Assembly: GCF_009914755.1 (NCBI RefSeq)
Contig: NC_060926.1
Length of the DNA: 64,000 nucleotides
DNA from: the human T2T-CHM13v2.0 reference genome, Homo sapiens
Strand: one strand, 5' to 3'
The position numbers and the translations under genes are program-made. Of the stretch, positions 17,074-33,793 are shown piece after piece; positions within the stretch are counted from its first letter, which is position 1; the number at the start of each line of letters is the position of its first letter. A model generated the notes under the pieces. The model had not been told where the DNA came from, did not search any database, and saw only the letters and a list, made by a program, of their open reading frames with translations.

Positions 17074-17553
17074 CTATAAGGAAAAAAAATAGGCGTAAGT
17101 TTACAAAAGGAATCAAAGGTCTTGTCAAAAAAAATACTAGGCTAACAGAAACGCCCAAATACAACAGTATCAATTTGATTTTATGACTGTAACATTGCTT
17201 CAAATATTGCTTCAAATAAATTATCTTCATAGACCTCAGTATAAACTTAAAGTATGTGTGTGTGTGAGAGAGATCTAGTTTATCATGTCATTCCTTACAC
17301 AATTATGTGAACATTTAACTGTACATTATCTTACAAATTAAGTGCCGAAAGTTTTTTCTTCTAGCTTAGGCTGGGACCTGTGAATACATTTTAATAGGAA
17401 TGCTTAAATTTTAAAAAGCAACCAATTCATTACAAAACTTAGATAATTCAGTCTTTTAATCTACTACTGAAAAGACAAATGAGACATTTAAAAATTAAAG
17501 ATAATAATTGTTAAAAATCTAATTTTTCTAATAGGGAATGAAAGTTCATTTTA

Positions 17554-17871
<318 letters not shown>

Positions 17872-18229
17872 TCAGGGTGACTGATAGAAGGAAGGCAGTG
17901 CCTCCAGTCAGGCATACTGCTCTTTCCCGTCTTCTAGACTGGTACAGTCAAACAATCATTTTCCTACTATATTTGGTGCATCCTCTATTAGCATCAGAAT
18001 TAACTGGTGAGGCCACTATCTTGTGGAATGTATGGAGGTCTTTGTGAGGTCTTTGTGATGTGGGTGTATTCTAGTAGAATTCAAGAATTCTGTTGTGTTC
18101 TATTCTTCATCTAATTGCAAGATTTTAGTGATTAATGCTCAATTTCTTTCTTTCATATATTATTGGCTACATACATTTCTAGGAACAGCTCTGTTCCTAT
18201 GTTTCCTACATTTCTACGAACAGCATTAA

Positions 18230-18272
18230 ATGTAATGGCAAAAACTGCAATTACTTTTGCACCAACCTAATA
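18230..18272. mobile_element. MADE1 (Hsmar1 MITE) partial
   Basis: taatggcaaaaactgcaattacttttgcaccaacctaata = Hsmar1 TIR. Confidence 0.85.
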
Positions 18273-18352
18273 TATAATTGCATTGAGATTCTGGACTTGT
18301 GGTATGATAGTATGAGGAGCTTCACTGAGTGAAACTGGTAAAAATTATTAAA

Positions 18353-18398
18353 ACACACATACACACAAACACACACATGCACACGCACACACACACAT
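18353..18398. repeat. Imperfect (AC)n microsatellite
   Basis: Direct reading. Confidence 0.85.
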
Positions 18399-18479
18399 TT
18401 AAAGTCTCTAGTAATGGCCCTGAGAGCAAATGGCAAAAGAAACATCTATTCAGGAAAATCTACAAAAATTTGGTAAGAG

Positions 18480-20570
18480 AGGGGAGAGAGTCTGTGGTAT
18501 TTGAACCAAGACTGGTCCCTCCCTTCTTTCTCCCAGCTCAGTGAGGGTGAACTGAGCATCTACTCCAGATTCCTGCAGTCAAGAACACCTAGCTCCCGGT
18601 GAGGTGCAGGAGCAGGACTTCAGTTTTCTCATCCTGTCCCTGCTGCCTGTTGCTGAGGCCAAGTCCCAGTTGAGTGCAGCTGAGAAGTAGGAATACCCTT
18701 TTTTGCCCAACTTCCACTTATGGAATGGAGACTCTACCTTGGGTGTGATGTTTTGAGCATACTGAGAAAAGAGCCCTTCCTCTGGTTCCTGAGGGCGTGG
18801 TTCCATGCCAGAAGAGGCGGGTAAGAAGACCTCAGGCTGCAGTAGCATCCGTCTGCCACTCTACCTGCTCAACCAAGCACTTAGCTCCTAGGGCAGAAGT
18901 GTCACTCAGAGAAAAGCTTGCCATTGTTGCCCAGCCCCAGAGCCCTGTTTCAAACAGATAGCTCCTAATTTCTTGTCATTTGCAACAAAGTATAAAGTAG
19001 TTTAAATTTAATGGTGCCCTTAGGAACAGTGGAAATTGTGGTGAAAGGCAATGGGGAAGAGATTTGTGGATCTAATGAAGATACACCCTAGACTGTAGGC
19101 AGAGTAGTTTGCAGGAGACAACTAGGAAATAAGACGGCTGAGAGGAGCCCTCCTGGGGTCAGAACAAGTATCAAACAGAAATCTCAGAAACCATTCCTTC
19201 AAAGGAGCCACAATTTGATTGCATTATTTTGTATAGCATTTATGCCACCAGAAAATTGTTGAAAACATCAGAGCAATCAGCTGGCAAATTGTGGAGTTTC
19301 ATAGCTGGGTGTGTGTGGTCAGGTAAGGAGTGGATGAGTCTTTCCAGTACCACTGCCATGCAATAAGAAGCCCTGGAAAGGGGGCTGGGGAAGGAGGAGC
19401 AGTACTCAGAGTTGCTACACTATATTATCTGAAATGTCAGGTTTCCAGCAAAAACAGATGAGGTATGCAAACAAATAGGAAAGTATGACTCTTACAAGGG
19501 GTGGGGGTGGGGCGGAGGGGGTGGAAGGAACAGAAACTGCCTGTGAGAGCAACCAAATGTCAGATTTAACAACAGTAACAAAAAAGATTTCTAAGTAGCC
19601 ATTATGAATACGGTCACGGAATTAAAGGAAAGCATGAAAAAGAAGGAAAGGAAGGTATTGATGACAATGTGCATCGAAGAGAGGATATCATTAAAGAGAT
19701 AGAAACTATAAAAAGGAACCAAAGGGAAATTCTGGAATTAAAAAGTACAATAACTGAAATAAAAAACTTACTGGATAAGCTCAATAGTATATTTGAACTG
19801 AAAAAAAAAATATTAACTTGAAGATAGAGCCATTGTTCAAAAACGAAGGTAAAATAAAGATTTTCCCAGATAAACAAAAACTGAGAGAATTTGTTGCTAG
19901 CCCACCCTCCAGAAGAAATACTAAAGGAAGTTCTTCAGGCTGAAAAGCAAGTGATCCCAGATGGTAATTCGAATCCACACAAAGACCATCAGTAAAGGTA
20001 ATTGTGTAATTATTAAAGACATTTTGTAAATGCGTATTTTTTTCTCATTTCTTCTCATAACTGACTTAAACAACTGTATAAAATAATATAAACATTGTTG
20101 AATTTATTGACATAGAAATGTAATATATTTGTAATATGTTGCCAATAATACACAAAGAAGGTGGGTGAGAGCAAAGCTTTAATGGGCTAAGAGGATGATG
20201 ACAAATGGTAAAGTAATAACTGTTAACAATGTATTGTTTGATTTGCATCATTAATAAGATGTAATATGTATTACAGTACCACAAAAAAAAGGGAGAAAGG
20301 GAATAGAGCTACATAGGAGTAATATTTCATATGTCACTGGTATTAAGCTACTATAAGTCTGAAGCTGATTCTGATAAGATGTGTATGGTAAACTGTAAGG
20401 CAACCAGGCAACCACTAAAAGGACCTCAAAAAAAGTTAATGAAAAAAATTAATGCTACATTAGAAAAACATTCAATATTTTCTAATGACAAATATTATCA
20501 TTTTCATCAACACTCAATGCAAAAGAAAGGAGGAATAGAGGAAAAAGACATGAGACATATAGAAATAAAA
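18480..20570 (+). mobile_element. Old L1 (L1MC/MD-like) 5' region and ORF1 remnants, antisense to SOS1
   Basis: ORF1-like gaaattctggaattaaaaagtacaataactgaaat and cagataaacaaaaactgagagaatttgttgc. Confidence 0.7.
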
Positions 20571-20577
20571 TTGCATT

Positions 20578-21065
<488 letters not shown>

Positions 21066-21126
21066 TTGCATTGAAATTCATAACATAGCTGACAGCTATA
21101 AAATATAAGAATGCTAGGAATACTTA

Positions 21127-21288
<162 letters not shown>

Positions 21289-21440
21289 CTAATATAGACA
21301 TTGTTTTATTAAGTAAAGGAGACAAATAAAAACTAAACTCTCATATGAACTTTCCTCTTATACCAACAGAAAGGTCTGTGAAAACAAGGTATAACAAAAA
21401 AGTGTAATTATGCATATTTCCTTATGGATTTTTTTTAAAC

Positions 21441-21877
<437 letters not shown>

Positions 21878-22239
21878 TAATAAATTAGGGTGACAAAGTA
21901 GACATTTAAGTAATGATATCTGTTATAATCAGTTCAAAGAGGGTACAGTAATCAATGCATTCACACATCTTTTTTTTTTCTTTTGGTCTAAAGGAGGAGA
22001 GGAAAAAAACCTACCACAAAAGGGTCCTAGGAAATAAAATAGATTCTAACACTGTAATTTTCAGAAATATGATTTTCAGTGGGGGATCTATAAATTTAGC
22101 TCATTTTCTCATTTAGTTATTAAAAAGTGAATAATTTAAGATTCTAAGTAGTCTCCATTTAAAATCAGAAGGACATTTTTGAGATAATTACATCAATGTA
22201 GTATGATTAAAAAAGACTATAATGGCTGTAAGTTCACAA

Positions 22240-22452
22240 TAAAGCAGTAGCTAACATTTACTGAGCCCTTACTTTGTGCTAGGTAATGTACATATATTGA
22301 CTTGCAAACCTCAAAACAGCCCCAGGAGTAGGTACTATCAGTAGCCCCATTTTACTCTTGAGGAAAATAAGGGGCAGAAGGATAAAGTCACACAAGGAGG
22401 TTAAAGTTGCCCAGGGCCAGCAATTGGTAAAGCCAGGATTTGAACCTAGCCT
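22240..22452 (-). mobile_element. MIR
   Basis: gctaacatttactgagc...ccccattttactcttgaggaaa...ggatttgaacctag. Confidence 0.75.
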
Positions 22453-22663
22453 TACCAACTAGGGGTGAACACAGAAAGACAGAAGGTGTAAATTCAGCTA
22501 GAGGGACCAGGGGAGTAAAAGAACAGGAACTGCCTGCCTGGCCTTATTACTAGACACTTCATGTAATATTTCAGTTAAGTCTTATGAAAACCCTATAAGG
22601 CAGAAATCAGTATTTCATTTTAAAAGTTAACTCTTTTGAAATGACTTTTCAACTTGAATGTTA

Positions 22664-22906
<243 letters not shown>

Positions 22907-23489
22907 TTATATTTTAAATAACATTTAAATATTCTTTATTTAATATTTTATATTTTAAAAATGGTTTAAAGTCACACGCATGACACCTGAATGTATCTTT
23001 GCTATAAAAAGTTCAAATGATCAAAATGAAAAATGCAAGTTCTCCTTTTCCATTTCCCGGTCCCCAATCCTAATCTTATTCTTCTTCATTTGGGTAACCA
23101 CTGTTAATAGCCTGGTATGTATTCTTCCAGATCCTTTCCAAATAAAATTAGAAAGTACTTAATTTGTAGAGACTGTCCATCCCATTGTTCTGATCTTCAG
23201 TTTAATGTATTATTTTATAATCCTCCAAGAAAAGGTATATCTTATGTAAATCACAAGATTTATAAGGATAGATTATACACAATATTCATCTAATTAACAC
23301 TGCATTTTATAAACCAATAAATATCAGTGCCAGAGGACTGATTCCTTAGTGTGAGTTTTGATGTGGCTCTGTTTTATATTGTACATGAAAGTACTATTAT
23401 TTAACTATTTTCTGATTATCATTTAGAGCATACAAAGGAAATAAAAATAAGTTTGTCTAAGACATCCTTAGAGCCATACACTCACGTAA

Positions 23490-23655
23490 TCTTTAAAACT
23501 AGAAGGAAAACCTTAGAGATCGACAAACCTAGCTCCTTATGTTATTGATAAGAAAACTGAAGTCTAAAGAATCTAAGTGATTTTGCCCAAAGTCACGTAT
23601 CTGATTAGTGGCAGTGTTAGACATAGAGTCTCAATTTAATCCACTCTGCTTCCTC
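23490..23655 (-). mobile_element. MIR fragment
   Basis: gataagaaaactgaagtc...aagtgattttgcccaaagtcac. Confidence 0.65.
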
Positions 23656-23984
23656 TCTGATTCTATTTGCCTGTGGCCCACTCGACCTCCATCAGTGGTG
23701 TTATAATGGCACAACGTAATTCCCAAATGCCCTCATACTTTGGGATATATATGAAGACTTGGCTTAATCAACTCTAAAATAATCAGTAAGTTGAGTCACT
23801 AAATGAAAATACATTGGATCAACAGGGTGACTTGAGCCATTTGCAGGTCTAAATGCTATTTGATGAAAATTTTTAACTTTTTGAAATGGTTATGCTGGTA
23901 CTATTATAAACATCTTACATTACTGAGCCCCAATGACATCAATTGATAGTCACCGTGTTGGTACTTTTATTACATATAAAACTA

Positions 23985-24119
<135 letters not shown>

Positions 24120-24413
24120 TTAACACAGAATTGAATTACATGGGAATCAAACATAAATGTTTATCACAATGCACAGTACAATACAAATGAAAATGCAGTA
24201 ACTCTTACCAAATTAATCTTATCAGTGTGCTTAACACTTCCAAAATTCTATGTTAAGGCTTATACTATAATTTCTGATAACTGCTCTAATTAGTAAATTT
24301 AATTTACTAATTTTATTGTCACCCCTCTCCTTGTTTGGGAAAGGTCCTTATATACTTCAACATTGAAACGAAAGTTTGATAAAGACTTATTTACTTCATT
24401 TATTTAATGCTTA

Positions 24414-24557
<144 letters not shown>

Positions 24558-25290
24558 TTAATGAAAAGACTAATTATATCGAGTTATACAAATAGAAAAC
24601 CACAAACGTTTTCACCAGTCAGCAAAATCAAGAGAATACTGTAAAAAATTACTGAAGATATGCATATCAGTGTAAACAAGTGAGACTCCTATAGTATTAA
24701 AGGCTAATAAAATTATTTTAAAATTTTTAAAAGAAATTAGTACTTGCCAATATAGATAAAACTAACTACAAACAAAATAAAGAATACATGCAAATTCTAA
24801 AAATAAATGTGACTATAAAGTTACGGGACTGATATTCATTTTTGGTCTGTGGAATTACTCTAAATCAGGTGACATAATCACTGTTAAGGGTAATTCCAGA
24901 AAAACTGACTGCTCTTTGTTTGGGTACATGAAATATTTTCCTTCCATCACAGTATTTGTTCACTGACAAGTTCCATTTTACTCAACATGAAGTATGTTTG
25001 AAAACTTACTTAGAACATCTAACTCATCAGAATTTGAATTTCTTGACTCTATAAATTTTATATAGGTCTTTAGTTCTGTAAATTTGAAATTTCAAATACT
25101 GAGTTTTCACATACAAAAAAGAATATTTTTGTATTGAAATAATAAAAGCTAACATTATTATAAAATAAATGTTCATCTAAGAGATTTTATTTATTGAAAA
25201 AGTGCTTGTGAAGTATATTTTAAAGCTCATCTAACATTTCTGAAAAGGATCTTAGCTCAATCTCTTTTTTAACAAAAAATAATGAATTTA

Positions 25291-25428
<138 letters not shown>

Positions 25429-26350
25429 CTATGATTCAAAATGATTAAAACTGTTATGTACATTTTCAAAATAGATCAAATAGTCAAGTTTAAAAGTTCC
25501 AAAATGTTTTGCCAAGTAGAAGGCTTTGGACTTGGTAATGCACTGCTAGCTTAGTGCCTCCTAAATTAGTGGTGATATTAAAACTTTACATCAACTTATT
25601 TCTTGCCCTCTGCACACTGACAAGATGATCTTAAACTCATCGGCCACAGGAATGAGCAAGAAAGAAAAGCAAAGGTAAAGCAGGGAACCAGGCTCCCCTC
25701 CCACCTGCTACCAGGATCTCAAAGTATCACCAGTTGGTTTATCCCCCTTATAAAGAGAAAGGCCACAGCAATAACCCATTACTTTTCCTTACATCAAGAT
25801 GAGTTTATCTAGGATGACTTATCTAGCTTTCTTTAAATCATGTTAACAGAGCATGCAACTGGAAATTGGAACTTATAAAGTAGTAGCTAAAGTTAAATAC
25901 AGTTTTTAAATTATTTGCTAAAAATCTCACAACTACTTAAAGATGCTTACAAATACTTATAAGCTATTAAAACTATTAAATGTGATAGAATATGTTGGTT
26001 TGGTCCTATTCCAACCTTTAATTGCCTTTATTTCAAGTAGTCACAATGAGAGGTCAATCATAAATATAGGAGTCTCCAATCCCTTCCATGAAAGGACCTA
26101 CTTTTCATTTACATCTCCATGAAGTAAAACAAGAGGCTGAGTGTGATCACTCCCCTAGGCCTGACCTACTCCCGTCTCTCCTTAACAGTATTATCCTAAG
26201 TTGTGGAGAAAGGCTGCTCTCACCAGCACAAGAGACTTGGGCTGTTGTCTTCTGCATAAAGAGGGGGAAAGACATCTCCCATAATAGGGGGGAGAAATCA
26301 CTCACTTCTATAACTCAAATTTTATCAAGGCCCACATTTAATTGTAAATC

Positions 26351-26374
26351 TTTTTTTTTTTTTTTTTTTTTTTT
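26351..26374. repeat. Poly(T)24 tract not attached to a recognisable SINE
   Basis: Direct reading. Confidence 0.85.
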
Positions 26375-27629
26375 AAGGAGGGGAAAGTTCAGTAACTTGA
26401 GTCTTTTATTGGGAGCATTCTTTTCCTATTTGTATTAGGGACTGGTAGACTCCAATAGTAAATTCATAGAGGGTAGCAGATGCCTTTATTTCTGTTAGGC
26501 TACATAATGTGGGTCAAAGTTTTATAAGAAGCACAGTGTCTTTTATTAGCATAGGATTTAGCAAAAGCAGAATGTATTTGTTTGGAAAATTTTCATTTAG
26601 GCTGATTCTCACTAAGACCCATCCTAGGTTTAGCCTTAAAATAACATGTTTATAATAGCTTTTTCCCCAAAAAGCAAATTCATGGATTTATCACAAAACA
26701 GAAATATACTTCCAATCTATTGATATGTGGTCATCGAGATAATAACTGATTTAAATATCAGACAACCTTGAATTCAAAATACTATTTTAAGTTAAAGATT
26801 TACAGAATAAAAATACATTGGTTTTAAATGTCCCCTTCTCCGTTAGCTTTATACCTTCTGAGGCTAGAGTGGGTTACTGATAAAAGTAATTTAAATACAT
26901 ATAATCCTTTAATAATTTCCTCTCTGTTGGTATTTTATTGTTTGTCTTCAGTTACAGAGTTCCTCAAAAGTTAAAGACTAATGTCTCATCCAGAAGAAAA
27001 GATATTAAAACAGAAGGCTGTACAAGATTTTAATACAGAGATTTTTATCGGTTTCATCACAATCTTCCCTTTCAAGAATCTTCTTCCTGTTCTGCAAATC
27101 TATTTGTAAGGTGAGGCTACTCAAAACAGCATGTTTAGGAAGCAAAAGCAGTGGCCACTAGAGAGATGCTGAGTTGTCACTGCTGGAGAGAGCCCATACC
27201 CGCAGTACAGAGTACTCCAAGCATCCTTGACCTGTGTTCCAAATTTAGGGTGCCCTCTCCCTTTTTAAAGGAAAAGTTTATTTCAGTCTAAAAATCTAAA
27301 ATCAACACTCACCTCCATATTTTCTCAAATGCCATGAAAATCAGGCTAAAAAGTTGAGGGACATCAAGAGGAATTTTAAGTTGAAAAACAGAATAAAAGC
27401 CAAGTTCTAAGTGACTTAAAGTATGTTTTAAGAAAACTGTGGCTATGTTTAAAGGCAAGCTATTTCTAAACAGACTTTTCATCTTCTTAAGCCAAAACTT
27501 CTGGCCATTTCAGTTCTTTAGTAATTGATTATAATGCTGGGAAAGCCATGATGTGTCTCAGTGCCACAGTCAAATGGGATCACACCAATTCTTGGTCTAT
27601 TATGTAACATTCTCAAAGAACTTTGACAT

Positions 27630-27770
27630 AACTTATTTCATATGATTTATGTGAGGTGAGCAGGGCTGGAAGAGATGTAACTAGACTTATCTAAGGTCAT
27701 ACTGTAGAGTGGCAGAGATGGACCCAGAACCTAGATCATGTGATTCCTGATTTAGTGCTCTTTTCTATCA
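27630..27770 (-). mobile_element. MIR fragment
   Basis: gacttatctaaggtcatac...gtggcagagatgg...gaacctag. Confidence 0.55.
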
Positions 27771-30700
27771 TATCGTATAACCTCCCTGGATTAAAGAAAC
27801 CCTTAAAGTTTCCACAGCTGTGAGATCTAAATATAAAGAATTAAACCTTGAGTTATATAACCACTATAGAAATTTACATGAATGATTAACTCAGAATGTA
27901 CCTGTACTGCTAATCTTGGTTAAAGGCACCAGAAAGTCACTGAAAAATTAGCAGTCTAATTGTGATTCTGTAACTCTTGATCAGCCTTATTCTAGATTTT
28001 AGGAATTAACAGCTGTACCTTCCTGTATGCTGTACAGGGTTTCTGCAGCTGGCAGTGAAATAAACACTCCCATAATCATGACTGTTGTATTAGGTTCTAG
28101 AGTTGTTTTTAGCTTGACTGGAATTAAGAGTAGTCTTGCCAAAAAGACAAAAGCAGCAGAAACTAAAAACAAACCAAGAAAATCTGGCAAAAATTTAAGT
28201 ACTTTCAAAAAATATCTTAAAGGCTGCATATAGTCCCAGGCTTGTATTAATTTATATTCTGTTTTTAGTCTAAAGCAATGAAAAATTGCTAATGAATGAA
28301 AAACATACTAAGACGACAAAATACTTATATTTGAAATTTTACACAGAAAAGCATAAAAATTCCAGACATTATTTTTATTTCTATTGGATTGGTTTCTCCA
28401 TTTCAATGACTGTAACACACACCATGTCGCTAACCACTGGAGACGTTTATCTTACTGATGATGTAAAGAGCTAAGATAATATAAACAAATGCCCATCAAT
28501 AAGGACAGGTTATATAATTCTGTAAGAAAACAGAATACCTAGTTCCATTGATTAGGCAATGGTAAAAGCTAAGTTTTATACTGCCGTTGTTAGTTGTGGA
28601 GCAGCAGTTATCTACCCATATTCTAAAACCATGTTGCAGAGAGAGATGAAAGGTAAACACATAAAAATACAAAAGCCAGTCTGGGTTTGGCTTTATAACA
28701 TAAGCAAAAACATATAATCCTAGAAAAAAATTAAAAATAGCCCATTTTTATATTCTCCTTTCTGTTTATCACTTACTTGTGGAGATAATTCCACAAAATT
28801 CTTTCTCAAACATGATCTCCTGATGAATTTCAATATGGTCAACAACCAAAACTTTTTCTACAGTTTTTCCCCCTCATCATTAGAGATAACATTACTTTGC
28901 TACTTGACTCTCAAATCCCTACGCTAAGGTTTCCACCATGTTCACTAGTTGCTCTGCTTCCCCCAATCAAAACAGCTAGGTTATTTTCAAACAGAAATAA
29001 CCAGGTTATTTCAAACAGAAGCTGTAGTTATTTTTTTCTGCTGACCTTCTGTCTCTGTTTTCCTCACTGTAAAACCATTATTTGATATTTTACTGCACAA
29101 TACTTCAAAATTTTAGGAACTCAGAGTATACCTACATTAGTGTTCAGAATATAGATTGGAAGGGATAATCCAATCCTTTTTCCTTATGTGCCTATTTTGA
29201 TTGACATGACATTTTATTTGACAAGGTCAATGAAATTTGTATTTATTACATAAAAAAGTTATTTATGTAAAGACCACCCCACCCCCAACCACCACAGTAA
29301 AACACTGTTATAATCAGGATGTCTGTTCATGTGATAATTCTCCCTTTAATGCAGCCATTTAAAAAGCTACAAGAAACAATAAGCTCCTCAACAAGGATTT
29401 ATAAACAATCAGTCTTGAATTCCTTAAAAAAGGAAACAGACGCTATGCTGACGCACAAACACTTTTTTAAAAAATCAGAGAGTATAAAAATAGAACAGCG
29501 CTGCCCTATAGATGAAAAATTGTTCAAAAGATTTAAATAAGTTAAAACACCGAAACTGAGCTTATATAGGACACAAACTCAAAATAAATCTAATTCAGGT
29601 TTTTGAGGCTTTTCCCTATGAAGGTATAAAATAGCAGTAAATACTTGAAAGAAAACGATCTTCTGGCTTAAGTTTTTTCAATACCATCTTCTGGAAAAGA
29701 GAAATTCCCAGGCAAGGGAAACACCTTTTCCCTCACTTCAATATGCAAAGCTTTTATTTCCCATAAAATGTCAATTCTGAATTATTATCCTTACTTCAGG
29801 GTCATCTCATTTTTCTAAAATAGACTACCAAACTGGACACAGCACCACCTACCATTTATCTACTCGTGTTGTTTTAGGTCTCATTAACTTGTACTTTGTT
29901 GCCTACAACAACTCTGTAACAGACGTGAAATTCCTACTCTCAACTTTTTATTTGTGCATATTGCTTTGTGCTTTCTTACTTAGGATAAGGAAATAGTCTC
30001 TTCATACCATTGCCAGATTTAGAATGATCCATCCAATTGGATAATTTTTCCCCTAGTTTTTGGGACAAACCCCAAAGTTCTGATATAGTTAGCAAATTAT
30101 GATACATCCAGAAACACCGAATCTGAGAGACAAGCTATAAATTAGATTCCACCTAAGACCCTGTTGCAATCTTTTAAGCAAGTTAACCACTTTCTAATTC
30201 ACCTAAATTTAAATTTTTCTTTCCACAAAGCTTTCCCTTTAGTGAGCAAACTACATCAATAGACTAATGATTGGGTTTTGTAAAAAAATAAAAATAATAA
30301 TAATGACCAGTATCTATACATAAAAAATCTATGCATTCCAATGGAAGTGTATCTATAGTCAGAGCTTACCTATATCCTATTTCAAGAAAAAAAAATTACT
30401 GACAATATCTTCATAGTACGCACGTTTGCCCAGAAATGAACAAGCCATTTATATTATTGGCAGTTCAAACCAAGGAAGTAATTTATTTATTTTTTTTGAG
30501 CTCACATCTGTACCAGATCCTTTTACTTAATTATTAACACATATAATTAAAAAATTACAACATATTCTATTCATGAAAACAATCACCTTATATGAGTCAA
30601 TGTAACATGGTAGAAAATATACTCTATTTAGAGTCAAGAAACCTAATTCTTGACTTGTTCTGGAATTAACTCGTAATAGAACTTCTGGGAAATCATATAA

Positions 30701-33070
30701 TCTTCAGGGGCCTTGGGATTTGTCTACAAAGTGAAGGCTTGGACATCTCTTCTAGCATTAGAGATCTATAGCTCCATTTTGTACATTACTGTTAAAATAT
30801 TTGAGGGATAAAGTTGGCTGACACCACAGTGAAGTCTGAATAAAGTAAGGTTAAACCAGTTTCTCTTCTGTTTTTATGACAATGTCTAACCAAACTATAA
30901 TAATCTAAAAGATGTCTGTAAGTCGTGTCTTATAGTATTCATTAAATTTTCTCATGTATTATATCCAATGTCTTTTATTACAATTCTATATAATAAAATA
31001 AAAATGTGTAAGTTAAATGTTAGCTTTGTTTCAGTGTAAGCCACAACCTGTACTGCATGTTCTCCAATAAACATACCTACTAACCAAATCACAAATCCCT
31101 TTTCTCTTTGGGGAGGCTGAAGAAAGATGAGAGGAGAAGAGCAGACCAATAGTTCTTAAAAACAAATGGTAACTTGATCTGTTACCATTGTAGTGAGGCC
31201 TTAAAAGTCCATTTCAGTTTTACAAGTTCACAGATGGTCTATTAAAAACCATTCTATGTTGCTAGTAATAACTTCAGTAACAGACCTTACAGAATAGCCC
31301 AAATAAGCTAACAGTTAACACTAATGTGTGTGTACTGTAAACCACAACTCACGAAAGCTGCTTGTAGACTCCAGTTTCACCAGTAATATATTTATGACAT
31401 AAATTAAAATATTCAGTTAAGCTTCAAAAGAAGACAGAAAAGAAAAATATCAAAAAAACTTAGCCACAACACTGGCCTTTTATTTCTCAAAAAATTATTG
31501 GAAGGAATTTTTTAAAAACATTTTTTTTAAGTAAAATAATCTCATCAACTTAAATTTTCAATACACTTAACTTTGGCAAAGTTCTATAAATCTTGAAATT
31601 TAAGTGTTTTATATTCATTATAAGTAAAAGCACTCAAAATATTACTCTATACCAAAGCTAAAAATTGATATAGAAAAGAAGTATCAGACAGAAATAACTA
31701 ATAAAACATCATTACAAAAGTACCATGTCCACGGACTTTACCTAACATTGTACACATTAAGGAAAGAAGACTTTCAGGACTACAAAACAAGTATCAGCTT
31801 GTTCCAGTTAATTTTGCTTTAAAGTGTCCTCATTTAAAAAAATAAATAAAAGGGACAGTTCCCCAGACAATAGTTGTAACCATTCTTCAGCTGCTTATTA
31901 ATAATCATAAATTAACTTTGTGAAATATAGCAATTTAGAGAAAACTTCTATCACTCAATCAAGTCTTACAGAAACAATTAAAAATTTTGTAATTTGAAAA
32001 TGTTTTCCTGCCCAAGTATCACTGACTTGTGACAGTAAACACTAGTAGTAAGTCTTCTTACAATGCTCTACAGGAAAAAAAAAAAAAAAAAAAAATTAAA
32101 ACTTCTTTCTTACAAACACAGAGAAAAATCTAAAGATTAATTTTACTCCAAATGAGTCTAGGAACCCCAAACAAAAGTACTTAGGATGAAATGATAAAGT
32201 TTAGAATGCTCATGTTATAAAAATTCTATGAGTCCTCTAAGGGGACTTAAAAACCAGGAAAATGTGGCAAGAAGGGCAATTTGAACTTTTATAGCCTTAA
32301 AAATCTCTTAAGCAGAAAAGAAGTATTTTGCAATCACAAATTTTGGGTAACTGAATAAAAAACATTTTTATAGTTGTAGTCTAGATCATAAAGAACATAG
32401 AAAAGGTTGGTGAAGCACAACTAAATCGGCAGGTCATACTACCGAAAAATTGTACCTCTCAAAAAACAGCTTTATATGGAAAAAAATGACAATAACCTAT
32501 TTGTTTTTCATGTAAAATCTAGGCAGCCTATTTACATTTCCTATGATTTTTTAAATTTTTGGGTCAGTAAAATAAATACACTGACTATAGACATTTCTAG
32601 GTGAAAAATTATAATAAAACTGGAATCCTTGGCTTCCAGGATTGCAACATTTATTATTAAATAATCAGGTTTAGGAGTGGAAACTGAGAGAAAGCAATGC
32701 CGTGTATATTTGTACTACCAGCACAATTTTGTTACATTAAAATTTTTATTTATAATCTCAGAAATGGAAAAAGAAGAAAGAAAAAAAAGATAAAGGAGTA
32801 AAAAACTTTTTAGATGCCAATAATGATGATTTACTACTAACTTTAGTCTTGTTTCTGTCACTTTCTAACTGGATAAATTTAGCCAAGTGACCTCATTTTC
32901 TCATCTATAACTGATGGTAAGGTTAAAAAAAAGTATTTAAGTGTAGTAGAAAAAGTAAAACATTCCAAAGAAATATAAAGTGGGGTATTTTTAGTCAAAG
33001 AAAAGAGGTCTTTGGTTGTTAGTTTCTTTTCTATTTTAGGCACAATAAACCCATGCAGGAAAGAAAATCA

Positions 33071-33793
<723 letters not shown>

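Noticed and set aside
18036-18060. gaggtctttgt tandem duplication
   Set aside because: An 11-bp slippage duplication with no sign of function.
26088-26438. 116-aa antisense ORF in intron 10
   Set aside because: Runs through a poly(T) tract, has no recognisable domain, and its length is within chance range.
27999-28233. Overlapping opposite-strand ORFs of 76 and 68 aa
   Set aside because: Short, low complexity, no homology I recognise.
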